Below, piece after piece: positions 1 through 9,995 of a stretch of 64,000 nucleotides of DNA. The stretch's first letter is position 1. Each line of letters starts with the position of its first letter. A program made the translations under genes and the position numbers. The notes under the pieces were generated by a model, which did not search any database, had not been told where the DNA came from, and saw only the letters and a program-made list of their open reading frames with translations. The DNA is from a bacterium. GTDB taxonomy: Bacteria > DRYD01. The DNA is taken from positions 15,341 through 79,340 of the forward strand of contig JBCNVB010000026.1 of assembly GCA_039630415.1 (NCBI GenBank). The letters run 5' to 3'.

Positions 1-1158
1 GGCAACCAAAATATTCTATACTCTCAAACACCTCCAAATTTTGATGAGGAGAGAAATTTTACCGTAAATAAGAACATGCCTAATGAAGCACAAGTTATAG
101 CTAAATGCCGTTACATAAGTAGTAATCCTGATTTTGCTATATGGGTAGATCTGCAAGATTTTAACTTGGGCTATGTTAATCAAACTATGATAAACTCTTT
201 GGGTGCAAGATTTATTAACGACTATCAGACTTTAGTAAACAGGCTTGGTTATACACCTCCTTTTTATGTGGATATTTTAATAACTCGTAAGGTTGATGAT
301 CAACCAAACCCCAGAATTATAGGATATTTTTATGCTGCAGAAGATATCGAAAGAATTAATGTGCATCCAGCAACATTCTACATGGTTTATCAGGGACAGA
401 ATGGGCAATATAATGAGGCTCATGTAACTACAGTTCATGAGTTTGTTCATTTGTTGTCCTACCATGCAAGTTCTGTAGGAAACAAAGAAGTTTGGATAGA
501 AGAAGGATTATCCACTTACGGTGAAGAAATATGTGGGTACCTTAGTGGTGTAAGAAATAGAAGCATAATACAATTTCTTTCTTCACCTCATCAAACTCCT
601 CTTGTTGTTGATCATCAAACAATAGAGGTTAGAAACTATGGAAAAAGTTATCTATTTGTCAAAAATCTGGAGCAAAGATTTAATAATGCATGGAGAAATA
701 TGATGAGATCATCAGTAGATGGAATAAATATGATAGAAAACATAAATGGAAATGAAGATTTTATGACAACTGTAGAAGTATTTAACACTGCAGTAATCCT
801 GGATATACAAAATCACCCTCATTTTGGTTTTGATGGTATAGATCTAAATTCAATCGATAGGAACCAGGATGGAATCGGAAATGATAAGGGTGTTTTTAAG
901 TTTGATGAAGTTGACAATAATGGTTTTAAGGACAGAACACTAAGACAAATGCAAAACTTCGATATAATAGAACGTTATACTTCATTTTATATATATCGAA
1001 CTTCTGCACCATTCTCTGGAATGGTAACTCTCGATGTTTTTGCTAATATTTCTCTAACGAATCTAAACACAAATTTTTCACCATTTAATACGCTGGCTAA
1101 CTATACTTTTACAAGAATAGATAGTCCACCTGCTGTCATTACGGTGGTATACAGATAA
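1..1158 (+). CDS. Zinc metallopeptidase (HExxH, M30/MA-clan-like), 5'-truncated by window edge
   Basis: HEFVH motif followed by WIEEGLS (third-ligand Glu). Frame is open from base 1, so the true start is probably upstream of the window. Confidence 0.7.
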   Translation, partial: GNQNILYSQTPPNFDEERNFTVNKNMPNEAQVIAKCRYISSNPDFAIWVDLQDFNLGYVNQTMINSLGARFINDYQTLVNRLGYTPPFYVDILITRKVDDQPNPRIIGYFYAAEDIERINVHPATFYMVYQGQNGQYNEAHVTTVHEFVHLLSYHASSVGNKEVWIEEGLSTYGEEICGYLSGVRNRSIIQFLSSPHQTPLVVDHQTIEVRNYGKSYLFVKNLEQRFNNAWRNMMRSSVDGINMIENINGNEDFMTTVEVFNTAVILDIQNHPHFGFDGIDLNSIDRNQDGIGNDKGVFKFDEVDNNGFKDRTLRQMQNFDIIERYTSFYIYRTSAPFSGMVTLDVFANISLTNLNTNFSPFNTLANYTFTRIDSPPAVITVVYR

Positions 1159-2885
1159 TGCTTAACATAAAAAGAAAACTAATAGGTGAAGCACTAATAG
1201 AAAAGGGGCTTATAACAAGAGAAATTCTCAACAAAGCCCTGGATTATCAAAAAAATGAACAACCCAACAAGAGGATAGGGGAAATTTTAATAGAGCAAGG
1301 CTACATATGCGAAAAAGATCTAGCCCTTGCTTTGGCAGAATCACTAAATATTCAGTTTGTAGATCTACTAGCAACGGACATTGATGAGGAACTAATCAAA
1401 AACATACCTATTAGAATTTTAAAAGATTATAAATTCATCCCGATATCTAAAGATTCATATGGTGTGATATTAATAGGCATGGTAGATCCATTAGACACAG
1501 AAGCAATAAACATAGCTAGGGAATATCTAAACACAATAAATGTTGATATAGCTATAGTCACTCCAAATGCTTTTGAAAAAACTATTTTGGATATAGAGCA
1601 TAAGATAATTGTAAATACAGCACTTAGCGAAATAACTCTGGAAGTTACTAAGGAAGCAGAAGAATTGATAAGCTCAATAAACTTAGATGAAGCTGAAGCT
1701 CAACCAGGAATAATCAGACTTGTTGAGGGTATTTTTAAACAAGCAATAACCTACAGAGCTACTGATATACATATAGAACCAACAAACAACATTGTTAAAG
1801 TGAGATATAGAATAGATGGAGTTTTGTACAGAGGGTTTGAATATCCACTTGAAAAACATCCCGAAGTGGTAAGTAGAATAAAAATAATAGCTCTATTGGA
1901 TATAACTGAGCATAGGTTACCTCAAGAGGGCAGTATAACCGTAACTACTAGAAACTCGGAGTACGATCTGAGAGTATCAACTTTACCCTCAAGATATGGA
2001 GAAAAGGTTGTAGTAAGAATTTTAGATAAAAGGCAAACTATAATGGATATACACAATTTAGGTTTTAGTAGGGAGAATATAAATAAGATAGATCTAATTA
2101 TAAGCAGGCCTTACGGTTTTGTAGTTGTGTCTGGGCCAACTGGAGCAGGTAAAACTACTACCTTGTTCTCTATGCTAAAAAAAATGGATTTAAGTTTAAA
2201 AAATGTAGTAACAATAGAAGATCCCATAGAGTATCAATTAGAGGGGATAACTCAAACTCAAGTTAATGAAAGGGTTGGTTTTACGTTCGATAATGCACTA
2301 AAATATATCCTCAGGCAAGACCCAGATGTTATCCTCGTTGGAGAAATAAGAGATGAAGAAACTCTAAGAATATCTATACAAGCTTCCTTAACAGGACACA
2401 TGGTATTATCTACTATACACGCTAATGATGCAATATCAACTATTATCAGAATGAAAGAAATGAACGTAAATCAAGAATATCTTTTTTCATCATTAATAGG
2501 TGTTATAAATCAAAGGCTGGTTAGAGTATTATGTAATTATTGTAAAAAACCTGAGAAAATTTCATCAAAAAAAATTGTAGATACTTTAACTAGATTTAAT
2601 GAAAAAGATAGCGAATTGATACAGGATTTGGATTCTGAAATTACAGTATATTTTCCAACTGGGTGTCCAATTTGTAACTGGTCTGGTTACTTTGGAAGAA
2701 CTAGCATTACTGAAATCATTATATTCGATGATTTTGTCAAAAATTTGATTCTCGAAAACAATCCACACCACAAAATCAAACATATTCTTAGAAAAGAAAA
2801 GAAACAAAACTTCTTAATAAATGATGCTGTCTCAAAGATTCTTAATGGAATAACGAGTATACAAGAGATTGTAAGGGTAGTATAG
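1158..2885 (+). CDS. pilB: Type IV pilus assembly / T2SS ATPase (PilB/GspE family)
   Basis: N-terminal MshEN-like repeats (KLIGEALIEKGLI, KRIGEILIEQGYI), TDIHIEP, Walker A GPTGAGKTTT, LRQDPDVILVGEIRD, HMVLSTIH, CNYC/CPIC zinc motif. Confidence 0.9.
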   Translation: MLNIKRKLIGEALIEKGLITREILNKALDYQKNEQPNKRIGEILIEQGYICEKDLALALAESLNIQFVDLLATDIDEELIKNIPIRILKDYKFIPISKDSYGVILIGMVDPLDTEAINIAREYLNTINVDIAIVTPNAFEKTILDIEHKIIVNTALSEITLEVTKEAEELISSINLDEAEAQPGIIRLVEGIFKQAITYRATDIHIEPTNNIVKVRYRIDGVLYRGFEYPLEKHPEVVSRIKIIALLDITEHRLPQEGSITVTTRNSEYDLRVSTLPSRYGEKVVVRILDKRQTIMDIHNLGFSRENINKIDLIISRPYGFVVVSGPTGAGKTTTLFSMLKKMDLSLKNVVTIEDPIEYQLEGITQTQVNERVGFTFDNALKYILRQDPDVILVGEIRDEETLRISIQASLTGHMVLSTIHANDAISTIIRMKEMNVNQEYLFSSLIGVINQRLVRVLCNYCKKPEKISSKKIVDTLTRFNEKDSELIQDLDSEITVYFPTGCPICNWSGYFGRTSITEIIIFDDFVKNLILENNPHHKIKHILRKEKKQNFLINDAVSKILNGITSIQEIVRVV

Positions 2886-2894
2886 GTAAAAAAC

Positions 2895-4451
2895 ATGCTG
2901 ATACTAAAGAATGCTTACATATTAACTGGAGAAAAGGGCTCTGAAATTAGAAAAGGATCAATAGTAATTGAAAAGGACATTATAAAGGATGTTATTTATC
3001 ATGATTTAGAAAACCCTGATCCAAGTTATCAGGTGATAGATCTAGATGGGTTGTATCTTGGTCCAGGTTTTATAGATGTTCACAGTCATAGTGATTTGAC
3101 AATTTTTTGTCATCCCGAATCTGAAAGTGCTTTATCTCAAGGAGTAACTACAATAATATCTGGTAATTGTGGTTTTTCTGTTTGCCCTGCTAATAAAACA
3201 AAAAAGGAAATTCTAAAAGAAGCAAGTGCTTATGGCATAACGAACATACCTTGGAAAACTATAAACGAGTACTTCAAACATTTGGAGAATACACAGATAG
3301 GTATTAACTTTGGTTATCTAGTTGGTCATGGGCAAATAAGGGCGGAAGTAGTGGGATACTCAAACATCAAAATTACGGAAGACCATCTAAAGCAGATGAG
3401 TTATGAATTGGAAAAAGCGTTAGATGATGGTGCGGTTGGACTTTCACTTGGACTAATATATATCCCAGGAAGATTTGCCAGTATGGATGAACTAGTGCAA
3501 CTCGCCAAAATAGTTAAATCCAAAAATAAGATAGTTACAAACCATATGAGGTCAGAAAGTAGTCATTTAATTGAGGCTATAGAGGAAAGTATAGAGATAT
3601 CCCAAAGGACGGGGGTAAATTTTCAGATATCTCATTTAAAAGCTGCTGGAGTTGGAAAAGGTAAAGCTCAATCTGCTTGCCATTTAATAGAAAAAGCTAT
3701 AGAAAAAGGTATAAATGTAGCAGCTGATCAATATCCCTACAATGCCTCAAACACTGGGCTTTCTCAAGTTTTACCACCACACTATCTCGAAGGTTCTATT
3801 GATCAAATAATAAAGAAAGTAACTCAAAATCCTGAAAATATTGCCCAAGAAATAGAAAAATATCCTCATACACCCTGGGATCAAATTATAATATCGGAGG
3901 CTTATAATCCAAAGCTAACAAAATACCTGGGTATGTCAATAAAACAGATTGCACAGGATATGCGTTTACCAGAAGCTATGACTGTTTTGAAACTACTTGA
4001 AATAGAAAATTACGATTTGGGAGCCATATATTTTCTAATGGATCAGCAAGAGGTAGATTATATAGCTTGTCAAAATTTTGTAATGGTGGCTAGTGACAGT
4101 GCAGTTAGAAACACAAACTCTCCTTCTTTCCCTCATCCCAGAACCTTTGGAACTTATACCAAATTTATCTCCTACTACGTAAAAGAAAGGGAATTGTTAA
4201 CTCTATCCGAAGCTATTCATAAAATGACTCTTATGCCTGCTACAAAGTTTAACATACCAAAAAGAGGAAAAATACAAAAAGGTTATTTCGCAGATATAGT
4301 GGTGTTTAATCTGGAGAAAGTTAAAGATAATGCTACCTATACAAGTCCTAAAAATTTATCTGACGGTGTGGAAATGGTTTTTGTTAACGGTGTTTTGTCT
4401 TACAAAGATAAACGAGTTATCAATAAAAGCGGAAAAGTTTTGAGATTATAG
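2895..4451 (+). CDS. N-acyl-D-amino-acid deacylase (amidohydrolase)
   Basis: PGFIDVHSHSD, GNCG, HMRSE, SHLK, ASDS, HPRTFGTY, GYFADIVVF motifs. Confidence 0.88.
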   Translation: MLILKNAYILTGEKGSEIRKGSIVIEKDIIKDVIYHDLENPDPSYQVIDLDGLYLGPGFIDVHSHSDLTIFCHPESESALSQGVTTIISGNCGFSVCPANKTKKEILKEASAYGITNIPWKTINEYFKHLENTQIGINFGYLVGHGQIRAEVVGYSNIKITEDHLKQMSYELEKALDDGAVGLSLGLIYIPGRFASMDELVQLAKIVKSKNKIVTNHMRSESSHLIEAIEESIEISQRTGVNFQISHLKAAGVGKGKAQSACHLIEKAIEKGINVAADQYPYNASNTGLSQVLPPHYLEGSIDQIIKKVTQNPENIAQEIEKYPHTPWDQIIISEAYNPKLTKYLGMSIKQIAQDMRLPEAMTVLKLLEIENYDLGAIYFLMDQQEVDYIACQNFVMVASDSAVRNTNSPSFPHPRTFGTYTKFISYYVKERELLTLSEAIHKMTLMPATKFNIPKRGKIQKGYFADIVVFNLEKVKDNATYTSPKNLSDGVEMVFVNGVLSYKDKRVINKSGKVLRL

Positions 4452-4475
4452 GGTTTAGGGGGAGGAGTTTTTAGG

Positions 4476-5663
4476 ATGATAAAAACTCAAAAATACGATT
4501 TATTTACACCAAGTGAAGAACATCATATTTTAAGGCAGATGGTAAGAGATTTTGTAAAGAGAGAGGTAGAACCACAAGCTTTAGAACATGATATAAAGGA
4601 GATATTTAATGTTAAGTTGTTTAGGAGTTTAGGAGAGTTGGGTTTGTTGGGGTTAACAGTACCTCAAGAATATGGTGGAGCTGGAATGGATGCAGTAGCT
4701 TCTGTTATAGCTCATGAAGAATTGGCATATTCTGATCCTGGATTTTGTCTTGCTTACCTTGCACACTCTATACTTTTCGTTAACAACTTCTTCCAAAACT
4801 CGAATGATTATCAAAGAAAAAAGTATCTGGGTAAAGTAATTTCGGGTGAATGGATAGGTGCTATGTGTATGACTGAGCCTGATGCAGGAACTGATGTTTT
4901 TGGAATGAAAACTCGTGCAGTCAAAAAAGGTGATTACTATTACATAACGGGTAGAAAAACATACATAACAAATGGAGCTATAGACAAAGATACACCTGCT
5001 GATATATTTCTTGTTTATGCTAAAACTGGTGATAGGGAAATAAGCACTTTTGTTGTTGAAAAAACTTTTGAAGGTTTTTCTCTTGGACAGGTATTAAAAA
5101 ATAAGACTGGTATGAGATCTTCCATAACTGCAGAATTGGTATTTGATAGCTGTAAGGTACCCCAAGAAAATTTACTCGGTAAAGAAGGAGAAAGTACCAT
5201 TCATATGATGAAAAATCTCGAGATAGAAAGGTTAACATTGGCAGCTATATCCACTGGAATAGCTTCTAGGTGTTTAGAAATAATGATAGAATATGCAAAC
5301 AATAGATATGCTTTTGGAAAGCCTATAAAGGAATTTGGTCAGATTCAAAGATATATAGCTGATTCTTATGCTAAGTATATGGCTGCAAGGAGTTATCTTT
5401 ACTATGTAGCTTCAAAAATAGATATGAGTAAGCCAGGGTTTAGAATTGATACTGATGGTGTAAAATTATTTGCTTCAACAGCTGCTAAGGAAATAGCAGA
5501 TAATGCTATGCAAGTATTAGGAGGATACGGTTATTTTGCTGAAGCGGTAGTGGATAGAATGTGGAGGTCTGCTAAACTTATAGAAATAGGAGGTGGAACA
5601 CTGGAAGCTCACCAAAAAAACATTACAAAAGACTTAACTAAATACTCTCACAGTATACGATAG
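4476..5663 (+). CDS. Acyl-CoA dehydrogenase, isovaleryl-CoA dehydrogenase-like
   Basis: MTEPDAGTD, KTYITNG, GMRSS, AFGKPIKEFGQIQ, GGYGY, EIGGGT; GGAGGAG RBS upstream. Confidence 0.9.
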   Translation: MIKTQKYDLFTPSEEHHILRQMVRDFVKREVEPQALEHDIKEIFNVKLFRSLGELGLLGLTVPQEYGGAGMDAVASVIAHEELAYSDPGFCLAYLAHSILFVNNFFQNSNDYQRKKYLGKVISGEWIGAMCMTEPDAGTDVFGMKTRAVKKGDYYYITGRKTYITNGAIDKDTPADIFLVYAKTGDREISTFVVEKTFEGFSLGQVLKNKTGMRSSITAELVFDSCKVPQENLLGKEGESTIHMMKNLEIERLTLAAISTGIASRCLEIMIEYANNRYAFGKPIKEFGQIQRYIADSYAKYMAARSYLYYVASKIDMSKPGFRIDTDGVKLFASTAAKEIADNAMQVLGGYGYFAEAVVDRMWRSAKLIEIGGGTLEAHQKNITKDLTKYSHSIR

Positions 5664-5697
5664 AATATCAACAAAAAACAAAAGAGGAGTGTATTGT

Positions 5698-6453
5698 ATG
5701 GATGAATTAATTATATCCGATAAAGAGAGTGTAAGGTATATAACTATCAATAGGCCTAAAAGTAGAAATGCATTGAACTATGAGCTTATGAAAAAGCTAG
5801 CTAGTTCAATAAGACAGGCTAATGAAGATGATAAGATTAAAGTAATAGTTATAAATTCTTCTTCTGACAAGGCTTTTTGTTCTGGTTTAGATCTGAAAGA
5901 ATTAAAGACGTTTATCGATAATAACAAGGTAAGGGAATATTTTAATGCTTATTCTCAAATTATTCTTGCTTTAGAGGATAGTATAAAGCCGACAGTATCG
6001 ATAGTTAATGGATATGCGATAGCTGGAGGCTGTGGTTTGGCAGTCGCTTGTGATATAACAATAGCTTCAGAAGAAGCCAAATTTGGTGTACCTGAGATAA
6101 ATTTGGGTATGTGGCCTATGATCATAAGTTATCCTCTTCTTAAATTTGCAAATACCAAAAAAGTACTAGAGCTATTCTTAACGGGTAGAATAATAGATGC
6201 TCAAGAAGCGAAAGAAATAGGTTTTGTTTCTTTTGTAGTAGAAAGCTCCAATCTTCAAAGTTTTTCGGAGCAAATAATTTCTAAACTTTCTGAAAGAAGT
6301 TTAGTTGCTCTAAAAATGGGTAAAGAGGCTTTTGGTTTCGTAGTACAAAATGGATACAGTGAAAAAATAAAGTATCTCAGGGAAATGAGTGCTATTCTTG
6401 CAGCTAACTCCAAAAACAACATAGAGCAATTCCTTCTTAAATCTCAAAAATAA
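5698..6453 (+). CDS. Enoyl-CoA hydratase/isomerase family protein
   Basis: INRPKSRNAL, AFCSGLDL, GYAIAGGCGL, FGVPEINLG. Start taken at ATG 5698 after AGAGGAG. Confidence 0.88.
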   Translation: MDELIISDKESVRYITINRPKSRNALNYELMKKLASSIRQANEDDKIKVIVINSSSDKAFCSGLDLKELKTFIDNNKVREYFNAYSQIILALEDSIKPTVSIVNGYAIAGGCGLAVACDITIASEEAKFGVPEINLGMWPMIISYPLLKFANTKKVLELFLTGRIIDAQEAKEIGFVSFVVESSNLQSFSEQIISKLSERSLVALKMGKEAFGFVVQNGYSEKIKYLREMSAILAANSKNNIEQFLLKSQK

Positions 6454-6470
6454 CAAGGGTAATATTTTAA

Positions 6471-7700
6471 ATGGGTATAGTAAGAATTAAAAAAGCTATA
6501 TTTTACTTACTTGTTTGCTTATTTGCTTGTTTTTGTTTTTCTTATGCTGGTCACATTAGTATTTCTTCTTCTTGTACGGGTAAACCAATATCTTATGAGA
6601 ATTACCTAATTATACCCGAACATTCTTCTTTAAGGGTAATAGATGAGTCTTTTAATACTGTTAAAAATATTACTTGCTCTCCTATAAGGTACTTAAAAGT
6701 TAATCAGAATAGTGTTGATATTTATAGTTTACATAATGATAGTAGGGTTGAGTTAATTAATCTGGATAATAATCTCAATGAGAATAGAACAAATTTTGCA
6801 GTAATACCGCATATTGAAGTAAGCAAATTCACTTTTTTCATAGACTACAACATTATTTTCAATGACTTTAAGGTTATTAGGTTAAATGATTCAAGAATAA
6901 TTAGTTTACCTTTTGATAAGATGAGATTTATAAATGCTGATGATAGATTTGTTTATTTGGTTGATGTCTATGATAAGTTGAATGTTTTTAATATAGAAGG
7001 GCAGTTAGTAGGTAAGTATAATTTGGGTTCAAGTGTTAGTGGGATAGTAATGTTGGATCAGGATCATTTTTCAATTGCTTCAATAAAAGGTTTATACGTT
7101 ATTAGCAAAGGTGACTTTATTGTTAGAAGAAAGCATGATTTTCCAAAAACACCCATGGGGCTCTATTACTATCCACCTTTCGTTATTATACCTACCGTCG
7201 AAAAACTCCATATATACAATTATTCTAATGATACGTTTGTTTCTATACCGTATTCCAAGATCACATCCGATGATATTGCTTACGAATACAGCTATGAAGT
7301 ATACTGGTATAATGGTAAAAGAATTTACCTAGATCCATTGGATTGTTACACTTATGAATATGATCCCAAACTGGTATATGTTGATGTTTCTATGTATGAT
7401 GAAAAAATATATGCTATTGTCTATAGAAGGAGAGAATTTGGAATAAGATACTACTATTACAAGGAGGGAACTAAAAAAAGAGATTATATTGAAAAAAGAG
7501 TTTACTTGAATGTAGGGGAGATTATTAGAGTCAATACTAATGGATGGTCCTACTCTAACACTGTTATTGATAGCTACAGAAGTAGACATGATAATATATT
7601 TTTCAGAGAACCAAATTTCAGACCTTACATCGTAAAAATAGGAACAAAAATTTATCTTGTAAAGACTTATAGGGAATCGATCAGTTTTGAACCATTCTGA
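6471..7700 (+). CDS. Hypothetical exported protein, probably beta-rich (propeller-like)
   Basis: 409-aa ORF with basic/hydrophobic signal-peptide-like N-terminus and repeated short beta-strand patterns. Confidence 0.5.
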   Translation: MGIVRIKKAIFYLLVCLFACFCFSYAGHISISSSCTGKPISYENYLIIPEHSSLRVIDESFNTVKNITCSPIRYLKVNQNSVDIYSLHNDSRVELINLDNNLNENRTNFAVIPHIEVSKFTFFIDYNIIFNDFKVIRLNDSRIISLPFDKMRFINADDRFVYLVDVYDKLNVFNIEGQLVGKYNLGSSVSGIVMLDQDHFSIASIKGLYVISKGDFIVRRKHDFPKTPMGLYYYPPFVIIPTVEKLHIYNYSNDTFVSIPYSKITSDDIAYEYSYEVYWYNGKRIYLDPLDCYTYEYDPKLVYVDVSMYDEKIYAIVYRRREFGIRYYYYKEGTKKRDYIEKRVYLNVGEIIRVNTNGWSYSNTVIDSYRSRHDNIFFREPNFRPYIVKIGTKIYLVKTYRESISFEPF

Positions 7701-8320
7701 ATACAGTATAAACTTAGCTCTTTGCTGAGAGTTACAACTGTTACTTGATATTTACTACTGTTTTTCGCGTAATCTTGGACTACTGTTGGGTTTTGGGTAA
7801 AGATGAAGAAAGTTATTTTATTTGACGTTTCTTGAATTATTCTTAGCATTGTTAAATAGGATGAGTAATCTAGGCCGAGAAATGGTTCATCTATGAGTAA
7901 GACGTCTGGTTGTACGATTATACCTCTTGAAATATGAACTTTTTGTCTGTAGCCATATGACAAACTACTAACAGGCTTTTTCAAATAATTTTTTAGGTCC
8001 CAATATTTCAAAATAGAGTTCAATTGATCTTCAAATTTCAATCTTTTTTTAACGTTCAGGTTGAAATATATTTTTAAGTTTTCGAGAACTGTAAGATTTT
8101 CATACAAATTTTGGAATTCCCATACAAATTGCACGTCATCTGTTTTAAAATACTTATTTTTGTTAAAGAAAAGTATTTTCATGAGTGTGGTTTTGCCGCT
8201 ACCGTTTGGACCTATGATAAAGTTAACCGTTGAGGAGTATATTGTTAAGTTTAGATTGTTAAAGATGGGATGATCTTTGTAGCTAAAAGAAAGGTTTTGG
8301 ATATTTAATATTTCATTCAT
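7667..8320 (-). CDS. ABC transporter ATP-binding protein (CcmA-like size)
   Basis: Walker A GPNGSGKTT, signature LSYGYRQK, Walker B LLIDEP. Confidence 0.8.
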   Translation of the reverse strand: MNEILNIQNLSFSYKDHPIFNNLNLTIYSSTVNFIIGPNGSGKTTLMKILFFNKNKYFKTDDVQFVWEFQNLYENLTVLENLKIYFNLNVKKRLKFEDQLNSILKYWDLKNYLKKPVSSLSYGYRQKVHISRGIIVQPDVLLIDEPFLGLDYSSYLTMLRIIQETSNKITFFIFTQNPTVVQDYAKNSSKYQVTVVTLSKELSLYCIQNGSKLIDSL

Positions 8321-9072
8321 TTTATTTTTTTGCAGAAGGTGAGGAACATTGAGTGTGATTGTAATTCATGTTCTGGGCGGCTATAATTTTCTCTAACTAT
8401 CCACTTTCTTAGCCATATCTCAACTGTTCTAAAGTATATAAATCCGCTTTTTGCAAAAACTTTTCTAGCTTCTTTTACTTGTTCTATGTTTGGTACTGCA
8501 AAAACTAAATCTCCTCCCGGCTTTAAAGCAAAATTACATAACTCGCAATATACTTGAGGCTCAGCTATGTCTATTATAACGCAGTCAAAAGTATTATTTT
8601 TGAAAATCAAATGCTTTTCATTTGATAATGTAATAACCACATTTTCTTGTTTTGCGAACTTATGTATATTTTGTTTAGCATTAGATATGTTGTAGAAATT
8701 ATTGTCAATTGATACTACTTTCTTTACGAAGTTCGATAAAAAAATACTTCCGGCTCCACTTCCTACTCCTATTTCTAAAACCACTGAATCTTTTGTAAGT
8801 GATGTAAAACCTAAGATTAGTGATAAATCTTTTACCGTAAAGGTGTTTGTTGTCCTGTTTAATTTTACATTAATATCCTGATGCGTAGGTATTAGTACGT
8901 AGTATTTTTTATTTGTTGAGGAGATTATAGTTGCCCCATATTCCAGAGGGTAGTTTAGTTCTATTTTCCCTTTATGCGTTGATATATGTTTGATATTAGT
9001 TCTTGTAGAAATGAGTATTGAGGATTCATCTGAATTCCAAAGCAAATAATTTTTTGATAAACGATTACTCAT
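8317..9072 (-). CDS. trmI: tRNA (adenine-58-N1)-methyltransferase, TrmI/GCD14 family
   Basis: LNRTTN...KD, VLEIGVGSG SAM motif, DCVIIDIAEP, VPNIEQV, RPEH..SHSMFL. Confidence 0.8.
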   Translation of the reverse strand: MSNRLSKNYLLWNSDESSILISTRTNIKHISTHKGKIELNYPLEYGATIISSTNKKYYVLIPTHQDINVKLNRTTNTFTVKDLSLILGFTSLTKDSVVLEIGVGSGAGSIFLSNFVKKVVSIDNNFYNISNAKQNIHKFAKQENVVITLSNEKHLIFKNNTFDCVIIDIAEPQVYCELCNFALKPGGDLVFAVPNIEQVKEARKVFAKSGFIYFRTVEIWLRKWIVRENYSRPEHELQSHSMFLTFCKKIK

Positions 9073-9081
9073 AGAAGATTT

Positions 9082-9993
9082 TCAAGAAGTTTTGATCAAT
9101 ATAAAGTCGTGATTTTTTACTATGTATGATTTGCCAAAGGATTTAAATGGTAGTGTTTTTATATCCTGAATTTCATCTACGTTGAATACTTCAGCTTGGA
9201 TGAATTTTTGAGCTATTTCTGTATGTATTTTTTCACTAGCCTTATGTACATTCGTATTTGTAGGTATAAGATATTGTCTGGCTTCTCTATTGTTAGCAGT
9301 GTAAAATATGGTCCAATAATTCAAGACAGTCTCTTTTATCAGGTTCACTAATAGTTCTACTTTTTGCATTATATTGCCATCAACATCGTACAATTTTAGG
9401 AAATCGTCTAATTCTTGCTGAGGAATATCAAGTAACTCACTGTATAGCGATAAAGGATATTTTACAATAGTTTTGGATATATCTTCTATTTCTTCATCAA
9501 TTATAATGAGATGACTTTTGATTGATAAAAGACTTAGCTGGGTTATTACTTCTTTGTATTGATAGTTTATTCGTGCTAGTTGATGGGTATCTAAGTTAGG
9601 ATAATTGTCAATATGTAATTGTAGTTCACTAAGGATACTTCTTAGAGAAGGATTTTTATTTATCGATTTAGAGTTCAAGTAGTCTTCTATTATTTCTTTA
9701 TCTCTGGTTTTTATTTTTTGTATTTCGGAATTCATTTCTTGCTCAGAGTTAAAGATTAAGATATTAAAATCGCTTGATACCATTTCCCTTATTGGTTCAT
9801 TCAGCTTTGTATAGAAGGTAATTGTTTCATAGGTAACTTTTTGTGGTTTAAAGATTTCTAGGACTTTTTGAAATTGTTTGGTTTCAAGGTTTATTGTTAT
9901 GGTGGATGTATTTGGTTTATAAGGTTTTTTGAGATAGAACGATATTAGTTTATAAAAGTGGTGTTTGTGGGTATGGACAAAGATTTTGAGCAT
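9082..9993 (-). CDS. Degenerate YchF/Obg-like protein with C-terminal TGS domain, lacking a P-loop
   Basis: C-terminus FYTANNREARQY...KIHTEIAQKFIQAEV...GKSYIVKNHDFI matches the YchF TGS domain. IFKPQKVTYETITF matches the YchF G-domain segment. Confidence 0.7.
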   Translation of the reverse strand: MLKIFVHTHKHHFYKLISFYLKKPYKPNTSTITINLETKQFQKVLEIFKPQKVTYETITFYTKLNEPIREMVSSDFNILIFNSEQEMNSEIQKIKTRDKEIIEDYLNSKSINKNPSLRSILSELQLHIDNYPNLDTHQLARINYQYKEVITQLSLLSIKSHLIIIDEEIEDISKTIVKYPLSLYSELLDIPQQELDDFLKLYDVDGNIMQKVELLVNLIKETVLNYWTIFYTANNREARQYLIPTNTNVHKASEKIHTEIAQKFIQAEVFNVDEIQDIKTLPFKSFGKSYIVKNHDFILIKTS

Positions 9994-9995
9994 AG

